DNA from: Acinetobacter parvus DSM 16617 = CIP 108168
Lineage (GTDB): Bacteria > Pseudomonadota > Gammaproteobacteria > Pseudomonadales > Moraxellaceae
Direction of reading: 5' to 3'
Assembly: GCF_000368025.1 (NCBI RefSeq)
Contig: NZ_KB849212.1
Span: forward strand, 1-32,000
Length of the DNA stretch: 32,000 nucleotides
The translations under genes and the position numbers were made by a program. Below the pieces are notes generated by a model. The model was given only the letters and a program-made list of their open reading frames with translations. It was not told the DNA's origin and searched no databases. Shown piece by piece: positions 24,019 through 32,000 of this stretch (positions are counted from its first letter, which is position 1; each line of letters opens with the position of its first letter).

Positions 24019-25185
24019 ATGAAAAAATTGCTTCTTGCTGCTACTGTAGCAACTTTAGCCATGAATGCAGCGCAAGCAGCACCAACATTGTATGGTAAGC
24101 TCAATGTGACTTTGGATCAAATTGATAAAAATGGCTTTAAAGACGAAAGCGTAACTAAAGTAAATTCTAACGCTTCGCGTATTGGTGTAAAGGGTGAAGA
24201 GAAACTTACTGATAGTCTTTCAGCAGTTTACTTGGCTGAATGGCAAGTCAATACTGATGGCGACGGTACAGACTTAGGTATGCGTAACCGTTTTGTCGGT
24301 ATTAAATCTAACGGCGTTGCAACATTAAAAGTTGGTCATTACGATTCTTACTTCAAAACTGCAGCTGGTAATAACCAAGATATTTTTAACGATCACAATG
24401 AACTTGATATGACAGCAGTTTTAGCTGGTGAAGATCGCCTAAAGAATGTTATTGGTTTTGAAACTGATAAAAAATTACTGGGTGGCTTAGCTTTCAACAT
24501 CATGTTCCAGCAAGGTGAAAATGCAGCAACATCTGCAACTGCAAAAACATCTACAACTTCAACAGCTGGCGTTACTAAAGAAACAACTGTAGTTACAAAC
24601 TATGGTTTAAAAGATGCACGTGATGGTTTTGGTGATGGTGTTTCAGCATCTTTAACGTATGAAAATAAAGATGTCGGTTTAGCTGCGGCAGTTGCTGCAA
24701 ACCGTGCTGTAGCAACTAAATTTAGTGCACATAACTTAACTGGCGTTTATGCTGATGCCGTTCGTGTTACAGGCTCTTTAGACTTTACCCCAATTGGTGT
24801 TGATGGTTTGGTATTTGGCGCATTATGGCAAACAGCTAAGCCTACAGATGATGTTGTGGCTGTCATCACAACGACTAAAGAAACTGGGAAACCAGACACA
24901 GTCACTAATAATTCATTTAAAGGCTTAAAAGAAAATGCTTTTGGTGTAACGGCTGCGTATGCAATTCCATCAACACCTGTGAAGTTAAAAGCACAGTACA
25001 TTTCTGCAACGACTGAATCAGACGGTCGTGATGATCGTAAACAAGATCTTTATGGTCTTGGTGCTGACTACCAAATCAACAAACAAGCTCGTTTCTACGG
25101 TATTGTTGCTCAGCAAAAACGTGACTGGTTAACTAAAGATGATAAGAAAACCAATATTGGTTTAGGTATGGAATATAACTTCTAA
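24019..25185 (+). CDS. Outer-membrane general porin (Gram-negative porin family)
   Basis: Signal peptide MKKLLLAATVATLAMNAAQA then AP, YGKLNVTLD and alternating beta-strand pattern. C-terminal GLGMEYNF with terminal Phe. Confidence 0.88.
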   Translation: MKKLLLAATVATLAMNAAQAAPTLYGKLNVTLDQIDKNGFKDESVTKVNSNASRIGVKGEEKLTDSLSAVYLAEWQVNTDGDGTDLGMRNRFVGIKSNGVATLKVGHYDSYFKTAAGNNQDIFNDHNELDMTAVLAGEDRLKNVIGFETDKKLLGGLAFNIMFQQGENAATSATAKTSTTSTAGVTKETTVVTNYGLKDARDGFGDGVSASLTYENKDVGLAAAVAANRAVATKFSAHNLTGVYADAVRVTGSLDFTPIGVDGLVFGALWQTAKPTDDVVAVITTTKETGKPDTVTNNSFKGLKENAFGVTAAYAIPSTPVKLKAQYISATTESDGRDDRKQDLYGLGADYQINKQARFYGIVAQQKRDWLTKDDKKTNIGLGMEYNF

Positions 25186-25209
25186 TTTGAAGTTCAGTTC
25201 TAAATAAAG

Positions 25210-25238
25210 AAACAAAAGGGCGATATGCCCTTTTGTTT
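25210..25238. terminator. Bidirectional terminator between the porin and DUF937 genes
   Basis: Perfect 12-bp stem AAACAAAAGGGC/GCCCTTTTGTTT with a 5-nt loop. Confidence 0.85.
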
Positions 25239-25246
25239 TATCCATT

Positions 25247-25867
25247 TTATTTCTTTAAGAAACCACTGAGCAAGTTTAAAACTTGTTGAATATCATTGTT
25301 GGCTTCCTGTGGATTAGTGTTTCCACCTTGTGGAGTTAAGGAATCAATCACTTGGGGCAAGACTGAAGCAATTGCGCCATAAATTGCTGACTTTGGTGTT
25401 TGGGTTTGCTGGGCAACCTGCTCCACATCCTGGTCATCGAATAGGCTTTGAATATTTTGTGCTGGAATATCCTGTGCATTTTGCTGGTGTGGATCGACCC
25501 AGCTTTGTACCTGATTTGCCAAACCTGCATTTTTCAGTTTATCCAATGCACCTTGCAAACCGCCCTGTTTTTGAATCCATGCAAGAATTAAAGGCAAAAC
25601 GGCGATTAACAATGTTTGTGCTGTGTTACCACCTGCTGCATTACTTTGTGTTGAAGTATTACCAGCACCTAATTGACCCAGTACAGAACCCAAAATTCCG
25701 CCTAGACCACCTTGTTGCTGGTTTTGGGTATTTTGTTGCTGTTGTCCACCAAGCTGTCCCAATACCGAACCTAAAATTCCGCCTAAACCACCACCCTGAC
25801 CTGATTGCTGCTGACCGCCTAAAGCCTGTTTTGCTAAAATTTCAACAATGTTGGTTAAATCTGTCAT
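25247..25867 (-). CDS. YidB/DUF937-family protein
   Basis: Gly/Gln-rich N-terminal half with GGLGGILGSVLGQLG repeated twice. The C-terminal ...VQSWV...LPQVIDSLTPQG is typical of DUF937. Confidence 0.8.
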   Translation of the reverse strand: MTDLTNIVEILAKQALGGQQQSGQGGGLGGILGSVLGQLGGQQQQNTQNQQQGGLGGILGSVLGQLGAGNTSTQSNAAGGNTAQTLLIAVLPLILAWIQKQGGLQGALDKLKNAGLANQVQSWVDPHQQNAQDIPAQNIQSLFDDQDVEQVAQQTQTPKSAIYGAIASVLPQVIDSLTPQGGNTNPQEANNDIQQVLNLLSGFLKK

Positions 25868-26032
25868 GACTTATATGTTCCTTTTGGAATTATTTATCCA
25901 AAAGAATACGCTGCTTTGAATACACAAAACAAAATTGAATTGTTAAATTTTGCAAGAGCTTGCGATAAATCTCTATCCAATCTTGCCTATTGAATGGTTG
26001 AAGTTCCACAGAAATTAAATCATTGCTGAGAT

Positions 26033-26494
26033 TTACCAGCGGAATTTATTCCAGTTTTCAGGATTGGCCCAGAACTTGGAGTTAAACCAGTCTGGTACAT
26101 GCTTATAGGTCAAGATATTAAACTGCCATAAAGCAAAATTACTATCATGTGTGGTCTTGTCAATGAGCTGGGTAAAACCCAGTGAACGCAATAACTTTTC
26201 ATCATCCAGTTTACTGACCACAACAATTCGTTTTGCCATGAGGTCACGCAACTTCACCAATAACTGTGCCTTTTGCGTTTGATTGATGTCCTGCATTTCT
26301 TCAGTATCAAATAATACAAAACCTAAATCATAACGCTGTGTAAATGGCAGATTTAAAAAGTCAGTTACGTTAAAATAATGCCATTGAATTGAAGCATGAT
26401 GGTCAATGTTTTGACCAATACACAGTGCGGTAGCAATGGGCTGTTCCTTAGATAAATCGTCTAGCATCGAAGTGATGACATTTTGTCCAGCCAT
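26033..26494 (-). CDS. Conserved hypothetical protein (Trp-rich C-terminus)
   Basis: 153-aa ORF with an ATG start. The C-terminal HVPDWFNSKFWANPENWNKFRW resembles a conserved gammaproteobacterial family whose name I cannot state with certainty. Confidence 0.6.
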   Translation of the reverse strand: MAGQNVITSMLDDLSKEQPIATALCIGQNIDHHASIQWHYFNVTDFLNLPFTQRYDLGFVLFDTEEMQDINQTQKAQLLVKLRDLMAKRIVVVSKLDDEKLLRSLGFTQLIDKTTHDSNFALWQFNILTYKHVPDWFNSKFWANPENWNKFRW

Positions 26495-26521
26495 AAGCCA
26501 CCTAAGTTGAAAAGAGAGAGG

Positions 26522-27394
26522 ATGATGGAACTACAAGGCATTTGCCATAAAATGCACGCAGCGCTCAAGACGCATAGTGTACCTGATCAGGCAATACACA
26601 AGGCAAATGTTGAATATAAATTTATACTGGATCGTTCAGAAATCGACCTACCCTTTGTCTTGGGGCAGGAGTTGGAGATTGAATGGACAGGTAATATTTT
26701 CTGTACCTCATGCGGTGCCAAAACCCCAAAGTCATATTCACAGGGTCATTGTTTTAAATGTTTTAAAACCAAGGCGGAATGTGATTTGTGTATTATGAAA
26801 CCCGAAACCTGCCATTACCATCTGGATACATGCCGTGAAGATGAGTTTGCACATAGTGTCTGTTTCCAGCCGCATATTGTTTATTTGGCCAATTCCAGTG
26901 CTTTAAAAATCGGGATTACCCGTATTATGAACATGCCAACCCGTTGGCTGGACCAAGGCGCAACGCAGGCGCTTCCCATCCTGAAAGTAGGTTCACGCCG
27001 CTTATCTGGTCATCTGGAAACATTAATTGGTACTCAGATTGCCGATAAAACAGATTGGCGTAAATTACTCAAAGGTGAAGCTGAACCTTTAAACCTGATT
27101 GAACAACGCGATCAGATTCTTGAGGAATTTGCTCCTAAAATTCAAACAATTCGTGATGAATTTAGCCAAAACCTTGAGTTTGATGAAAATCTGGAATTTT
27201 TGGAAAATGAATTGCCCAGAGAATTTATTTATCCAGTTGAGCAATATCCAGAAAAGATTAAATCGTTGAATCTGGACAAGACACCGAAAATTCGTGGTGT
27301 CTTGCAGGGCATTAAAGGTCAGTATTTATTACTGGATATTGGGGTGATCAATATCCGTAAATATACGGGTTATGAATTAATCCTACGTGCATAA
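26522..27394 (+). CDS. DUF2797-like zinc-ribbon protein
   Basis: AGAGAGAGG upstream of the ATGATG at 26522/26525. Cys clusters CTSCGAKTPKSYSQGHCFKCF and CDLC...C.YH. About 290 aa. Confidence 0.65.
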   Translation: MMELQGICHKMHAALKTHSVPDQAIHKANVEYKFILDRSEIDLPFVLGQELEIEWTGNIFCTSCGAKTPKSYSQGHCFKCFKTKAECDLCIMKPETCHYHLDTCREDEFAHSVCFQPHIVYLANSSALKIGITRIMNMPTRWLDQGATQALPILKVGSRRLSGHLETLIGTQIADKTDWRKLLKGEAEPLNLIEQRDQILEEFAPKIQTIRDEFSQNLEFDENLEFLENELPREFIYPVEQYPEKIKSLNLDKTPKIRGVLQGIKGQYLLLDIGVINIRKYTGYELILRA

Positions 27395-27398
27395 ATAA

Positions 27399-27422
27399 AA
27401 AGGTGGCATTTAAGCCACCTTT
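27399..27422. terminator. Bidirectional terminator between the DUF2797-like gene and lpxB
   Basis: AAAGGTGGC-ATTTAA-GCCACCTTT. Confidence 0.8.
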
Positions 27423-27423
27423 T

Positions 27424-28608
27424 CTATACTTCTTCTGTTTTTAAGCAACTCAAAATTGCCTGTACGGGGTCTTCGGTATTTCCTGAGATTAACTGTTTAT
27501 GCATACTCAGGTGTTGCATCATTTGAATATGTGCGGTTTCGTAATCCATCAATCTTTCAATTTCTGCTGCCAAATGCTGTGGTGTGGCATCTGCCTGAAT
27601 CAGTTCCTCAATCACTTTCTTGCCCGCAATAATATTCGGCAATGAGTAATAAGGAATTTTAACCAGAAACTTGGCAATAATATAAGTCAGCCAGTTCAGT
27701 TTATAGAACGTCACCATTGGACGATGCAACAACATGGCCTCAAGCGTCGCCGTACCAGAGGCAAGTGCCACAATATCGCTGGCATTCATCACCATACGAC
27801 CAATTTTGGATTCTGCATCAGTATTTTCCAGAATATGGATTTTTACCTTTAGTTCGGTATCCATATTCTGAATTCCTTGCTCAATCTGCTGCTTACGTGC
27901 GTCATTAATTGCAGGGATTAAAAACTCAAGATCGGGATATTTCTTATGCAAAATTTCGGCTGTACCGATTAATAAAGGCAGTAAACGCTCGATTTCACCC
28001 CGACGGCTACCAGGGAGTAAAGCAATATGGGTTTTATGGGCAGACAGTCCAAGCTGGTGTTTTGCTTCGGTAATTGGATTTTTTAAGGGCAATTGCTTTG
28101 CCAGTGGATGCCCGACAAATGCCGCAGGGACATCATAGTTTTGATAAAAGGTTTTTTCAAAGGGAAATAAGCACAGTACTAAATCAATACTTTGTTTAAT
28201 GCCATGTACCCGTCCTTGCCGCCATGCCCAGACCGATGGGCTGACATACTGAACGGTTTTAATGGGTAGACTGTTTTCCTTGATGCTTTTAGATAAACGT
28301 AAATTAAAATCAGGTGCATCAATCCCAATAAAAATATCGACTGGATGTTCAGTCCAGCGCTCAACCAGACCATCGCGGACTGCAAATAATTTTTTCAGGT
28401 CCTTTAATACTTCAACAATCCCCATGACGGATAGAATTTCCATTGGGTAATAACTATGGAAACCCTCAGCAATCATTTGTGGACCACCAATCCCCTCAAA
28501 TTCAGCATCAATTCCTTGTTCGCGAAAACTACGCATGAGCTTTGCCCCTAAAGTGTCTCCAGAGACTTCACCCACAACAATGCCAATTTTTAGTTTTTGC
28601 TTTAACAA
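27424..28608 (-). CDS. lpxB: Lipid-A-disaccharide synthase
   Basis: LKIGIVVGEVSGDTLGAKLM, IGIDAPDFN, LLPGSRRGEI and ASGTATLE are LpxB hallmarks. The apparent start is TTG. Confidence 0.93.
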   Translation of the reverse strand: MLKQKLKIGIVVGEVSGDTLGAKLMRSFREQGIDAEFEGIGGPQMIAEGFHSYYPMEILSVMGIVEVLKDLKKLFAVRDGLVERWTEHPVDIFIGIDAPDFNLRLSKSIKENSLPIKTVQYVSPSVWAWRQGRVHGIKQSIDLVLCLFPFEKTFYQNYDVPAAFVGHPLAKQLPLKNPITEAKHQLGLSAHKTHIALLPGSRRGEIERLLPLLIGTAEILHKKYPDLEFLIPAINDARKQQIEQGIQNMDTELKVKIHILENTDAESKIGRMVMNASDIVALASGTATLEAMLLHRPMVTFYKLNWLTYIIAKFLVKIPYYSLPNIIAGKKVIEELIQADATPQHLAAEIERLMDYETAHIQMMQHLSMHKQLISGNTEDPVQAILSCLKTEEV

Positions 28609-28985
28609 GACCTAAGCCCCTTGCCAGTATTTAAAAGTATTCTAACAAAATGATTTTACACCGAATCATAAAAAATCATCTAATTTGTTGATGTGCAGTA
28701 AAAATTGCGTCTCATCTAAGATAGCATTAAATAATCCTTATACCATCTGGATTTGCGATAAAGGAATAATTGCTTGAACTTTACTTAAATAATATTATTA
28801 ACAATAATCATTTTCATCTTTTATTTCTTCTCGGCTTAGTGTTTTATGACTGTTTATGGCTAAATCCACCACCCCAACTTTTGTCTATCGACTCAGTATT
28901 TTTTATCTTTTTGCTTTCACATTCATACTGGGTGAACCGTACCGGGTTTGTCGGAGACTTTTTTATTTAAGTTAGGCCACCTGAC

Positions 28986-29672
28986 CTAACGGATTAATCT
29001 TATCATAGTAGATTGCTTCAAACTCAAAATCGGTGAATTACTTAGCTGATGATCCTGTAATTCAATAATTTCTGCATCCAGCTGTTCCAGCTCTTCATGA
29101 TGATGGGTCACATAAATCATCGGCACCTGTATTTCATCACGGATGCGAGTAAAAAATGGCAGGATCTGCTGTTTCAGTTTGGTATCTAGGCCAGTCAATG
29201 GCTCATCCAAGAGCAGTAATTTAGGACTGGACAACAGCGCCCGCCCGATCGAAATACGCTGTGCTTCCCCACCCGATAATTGCTGAACCCGACGCTGCAA
29301 TAGATGATCAATTTCCAGTAATTCGGCAATCTCTTTTAATTGGAATTTCTCCTGTTCCAATTTGCCCCATTTTTTGGCATAAAGCAGGTTCTGTTCAACA
29401 TTCATATGTGGAAACAGCATCGCCTGCTGAAATATCAAAGCGATTTTACGCTGATGGACTGGAATATGAATTTTCTGATTTGTATCAGTCAGGATCTGTT
29501 TATTTAAATGAATATAGCCAGATCGTGGTTGATAGAGTCCAAGGAGTAATTTAAGAAAAGTAGTTTTGCCTACTCCCGAAGGTCCAACAATTCCCAGGAC
29601 AGAATTCTGCATCTGGACTGCTGCATCTAAACTAAAGGCATCCTTTTGATAATGAAACTCACATTGCAGCAT
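28986..29672 (-). CDS. modC: Molybdate ABC transporter ATP-binding protein (short form, no C-terminal TOBE domain)
   Basis: Walker A GPSGVGKT, signature LSGGEAQR and Walker B LLLLDEP. Overlaps the modB stop. 228 aa. Confidence 0.8.
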   Translation of the reverse strand: MLQCEFHYQKDAFSLDAAVQMQNSVLGIVGPSGVGKTTFLKLLLGLYQPRSGYIHLNKQILTDTNQKIHIPVHQRKIALIFQQAMLFPHMNVEQNLLYAKKWGKLEQEKFQLKEIAELLEIDHLLQRRVQQLSGGEAQRISIGRALLSSPKLLLLDEPLTGLDTKLKQQILPFFTRIRDEIQVPMIYVTHHHEELEQLDAEIIELQDHQLSNSPILSLKQSTMIRLIR

Positions 29673-30358
29673 TAGCGCTCCTGAATTTTCTGCTGATATT
29701 TTTGCATAATCCAGTAATTCGCCAATAATGCTGCAAAAGCCAGACCTAAAGATAAAAGCATTAGTCGTAAAGCCATCTGTTCGCCATCAGGTTGCTGTAA
29801 TAGGGAATAGATCGCAATCGGAATAGTGCGGGTTTCGTCAGGAATATTGCCAACAAAGGTGATGGTGGCACCAAACTCGCCAAGACTGCGGCTAAAACAG
29901 AGAATACCGCCAATCAGAATACCAGGCAACGCCAGCGGTAAGCTGATACTGCAAAAAACTTTATAGGGCTGAACACTCAAAGAATTTGCTACCTGTTCCA
30001 GCTGCGGATTAATCATCTGAAATGACACCCGGATCGGTTGCACCATTAAGGGGAAAGCCACAATCATGGCAGCCAGCACTGCACCTTTCCAGTTAAAAGC
30101 CAGCTGAATGCCCCACTGCTGCAACCATTGTCCAATCCAACCATTGCCACCAAAGACGATCAATAATAAATAGCCCAATACCACAGGTGGTAAAACCATC
30201 GGCAGGTGTAAGAGGGCTTCCACCACATATTTCAGGCGAAACTCATAACGTGCCAGAATCCATGCCAATAAAATGGCAAACGGTAAACTGATCGCTGTGG
30301 CAAAACCTGCAACTTTTGCTGACAGATACAATGCACTGAGTTCCTCTGGTGTCAGCAT
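29672..30358 (-). CDS. modB: Molybdate ABC transporter permease
   Basis: 228 aa with about five TM helices and the EAA-like loop SRSLGEFGATITFVGNIP. Located between modA and modC. Confidence 0.88.
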   Translation of the reverse strand: MLTPEELSALYLSAKVAGFATAISLPFAILLAWILARYEFRLKYVVEALLHLPMVLPPVVLGYLLLIVFGGNGWIGQWLQQWGIQLAFNWKGAVLAAMIVAFPLMVQPIRVSFQMINPQLEQVANSLSVQPYKVFCSISLPLALPGILIGGILCFSRSLGEFGATITFVGNIPDETRTIPIAIYSLLQQPDGEQMALRLMLLSLGLAFAALLANYWIMQKYQQKIQER

Positions 30359-30370
30359 ACTGGAACCATC

Positions 30371-31126
30371 CTAGAGTTTAAAACCATAGTGCTGATAAAT
30401 CTTTTTCGCCTCGGTATGCTGACTCATAAAATGCATGAAATTGACTGCATCGGCATTTTTACTGCCCTGCTCAGTCAAGGCAATTGGATAGACAATCGGG
30501 CTATGCGTATGAGCTGGAAAGACCCCAGCAATTTTCACTTTTTTACTCTGTAACGCATCGGTCTTATACACCATCCCAGCCTGACATTCACCACGTTCCA
30601 CAAAAGCCAAGGCCGAACGAACACTATCTGTTTCGACAATGCGGCCTTGCAGACCCTTTAACCATTTCAGATTGGTTAGACTCTGTTTGGCATATTTACC
30701 GACAGGCACAGATTCCATTTGTCCGGTACATACATACCCCTGAAAGGACTGGGCAAAATTAAATTGAGAACTGGCCTGAAAGCTTTGCTGACGCTGTAGA
30801 GGAATGATTAATACCAGTTCATTGGTTAATAAGGGCTTTACTTGAGATCTAGCTATTTTTTGTTTTTTTACCAGATAGTTCATCCAGTCCTGATCGGCAG
30901 AGAAAAAAATATCAGCCGGTGCGCCAGTTTCAATTTGTCGGGCGAGCGATGAAGATGCTGCAAAGACCAGCACTACTTTGATTGAGGGATACTGTTTTTC
31001 ATAACGTCTGGCAATCTCCGTCACCGCATTGCTCAGACTGGCGGCCGCATAAACTCGGACGGTACTTCCGGCCTGGACTGAACAGGACAGTAAAACTGCA
31101 CTGAATAAGATCAATCCCTTTTTCAT
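30371..31126 (-). CDS. modA: Molybdate-binding periplasmic protein
   Basis: An internal ATG (31126) gives the signal peptide MKKGLILFSAVLLSCSVQA, with AAGGA about 10 nt upstream. VYAAASL and FSADQDWM fit ModA. The longer track ORF overlaps moeA. Confidence 0.85.
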   Translation of the reverse strand: MKKGLILFSAVLLSCSVQAGSTVRVYAAASLSNAVTEIARRYEKQYPSIKVVLVFAASSSLARQIETGAPADIFFSADQDWMNYLVKKQKIARSQVKPLLTNELVLIIPLQRQQSFQASSQFNFAQSFQGYVCTGQMESVPVGKYAKQSLTNLKWLKGLQGRIVETDSVRSALAFVERGECQAGMVYKTDALQSKKVKIAGVFPAHTHSPIVYPIALTEQGSKNADAVNFMHFMSQHTEAKKIYQHYGFKL

Positions 31127-31140
31127 CGGTGACATATTCC

Positions 31141-32000
31141 TTAAATAAACAGACCTTGCAGGATCTGACCAGCCTGGATGCTTTGCGCTGCCGGAATACG
31201 GACAATACAATTGGCCTGCATCAGGTTACTCAGCATATGTGACTGTTGCTTCGGCAAGCTGGAAAGCTTTAGCATTCCCGAGTCAAAACTTAATGCCATA
31301 CGCAAAAAACGTTCCCGGCTATCAACTTTCAAGTCATGACTTATTACTGCACTAAACCATTGCGGTAATTGCTTTTGACCTTGTACCGTACTGATTAAGG
31401 TTGATACATAGATCTGCATGGCTATATAGACTGCAGCCGGATTACCCGGCAGGCCGAGTAAATAACATGGATTTTGATCGGGTCGCTCAGATTTGGCGAA
31501 GAACATTGGCTTGCCAGGTTTCTGTTTGACTTTCCAGAATAACTGTTCAAAACCAATTTTCAGTGCTACCGGGCGGACAAAATCATAATCTCCTACCGAT
31601 ACACCACCAGTGGTCAAAATCAGATCATACTGGGTTCTCAACCTTTGAAATAGCGCGCTGACCGCCTGTTCGGTATCGGCAACATGCATGATCTCAACCT
31701 GCTGGTTTCTGGACTGGAACCAGGCTTGAATTAAAGGAGCATTGGCATCAAAAATTTTGCCGGAATTCAGGTCTTCCACAGTGTCAGCCACTTCATCCCC
31801 AGTAATCACCACTGCAATTTTAGGATAGCGATAAACTGAAACCTCCTGGATCCCTGCCATACTTAAGGCTGCAATTGTCCCAATACTGAGTTGCTGCCCC
31901 TGAACAGCCAGACATTGGTCCATACGAATTTCTTCACCCGCTTGACGAATATCAGCATCCAGTCGCAAGGCTTCAGTCAAGATAATGGTCGAGTCCCTGA
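31141..32000 (-). CDS. moeA: Molybdopterin molybdotransferase MoeA (partial; the 5' end lies beyond the window)
   Basis: LILTTGGVSVGDYDF and LGLPGNPAAVY are MoeA motifs. The reading frame stays open to the window edge. Confidence 0.88.
   Translation of the reverse strand, partial: RDSTIILTEALRLDADIRQAGEEIRMDQCLAVQGQQLSIGTIAALSMAGIQEVSVYRYPKIAVVITGDEVADTVEDLNSGKIFDANAPLIQAWFQSRNQQVEIMHVADTEQAVSALFQRLRTQYDLILTTGGVSVGDYDFVRPVALKIGFEQLFWKVKQKPGKPMFFAKSERPDQNPCYLLGLPGNPAAVYIAMQIYVSTLISTVQGQKQLPQWFSAVISHDLKVDSRERFLRMALSFDSGMLKLSSLPKQQSHMLSNLMQANCIVRIPAAQSIQAGQILQGLFI

Noticed and set aside
8378-24104. Overlapping host-region ORFs: 8378..8560, 8418..8642, 11019..11518 (three ORFs), 12264..12542, 13169..13384, 14207..14602 (three ORFs), 15847..16131 (two ORFs), 16309..17040 (three ORFs), 17417..17641, 18162..18632, 19572..20405 (three ORFs), 20645..20971, 21615..21818, 23034..23259 (two ORFs) and 23886..24104.
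   Set aside because: All lie within or antisense to confidently identified conserved genes, or overlap a gene start and its upstream region. None shows independent start signals.
25660-25800. An approximately 45-bp imperfect DNA tandem repeat.
   Set aside because: It is explained at the protein level by the duplicated GGLGGILGSVLGQLG motif of the DUF937 protein. It is not an independent DNA repeat element or a CRISPR array.
25330-25869. 179-aa plus-strand ORF, plus 25348..25530 on the minus strand.
   Set aside because: These are antisense to or nested in the clearly recognisable DUF937 gene. The long open frame is a by-product of the Gly/Gln-rich repeats on the other strand.
28770-28970. 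66-aa ORF in the lpxB-modC intergenic region.
   Set aside because: It has a non-ATG start context, no RBS and a Leu/Phe/Asn-rich composition typical of AT-rich non-coding DNA.
1-32000. Search for CRISPR arrays, tRNA/rRNA genes and additional copies of the cassette IRs or of IS elements.
   Set aside because: By eye I found no regularly spaced direct repeats, no cloverleaf-like or rRNA-like segments and no further copies of GGCTATTCGG/CCGAATAGCC. A computational scan (tRNAscan, Infernal, repeat finder) is needed for certainty.

Overview
The window looks like a Moraxellaceae (Acinetobacter-type) chromosome segment that includes the replication terminus. Positions 1..7853 are an integrated ~7.85-kb filamentous (Inovirus, CTXphi-like) prophage. 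It is bounded by a dif-like site (1..29) and a canonical 28-bp dif (7826..7853, 24/28 identical to E. coli dif). A third, inverted dif-like site lies at 7713..7740. The gene order is CTXphi-like: divergent small repressor, then Rep (gene II/X family), ssDNA-binding protein, small coat proteins, major coat, pIII-like, pVI-like and Zot/pI. No integrase or secretin is present. The most unusual content lies downstream of zot, in the slot where CTXphi carries ctxAB. There, a 760-bp passenger cassette (6611..7370) is bounded by 22-bp terminal inverted repeats (21/22 match) and a perfect 8-bp direct duplication, ATATTTAT. The cassette has no transposase and carries a two-gene operon. The first gene encodes a 140-aa acidic protein that I believe belongs to the AcrIF11 (ADP-ribosyltransferase anti-CRISPR) family. 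The second encodes a 60-aa RepB/RHH-like candidate regulator, and a TGTGA-N4-TCACA palindrome sits between the -35 and -10 of the operon promoter. A membrane-anchored DUF2726-like protein sits next to the phage repressor. The rest of the window (7854..32000) is ordinary core chromosome. It carries a TenA/PqqC-like protein, a GGDEF cyclase, aroC, prmB, vapBC, a MoxR/VWA pair, ycgL, rnd, recR, ybaB, metZ, a hydrolase, a dehydrogenase, a HIT protein, a porin, a DUF937 protein, lpxB, modABC and a partial moeA. I recognised no rRNA gene, tRNA gene or CRISPR array.
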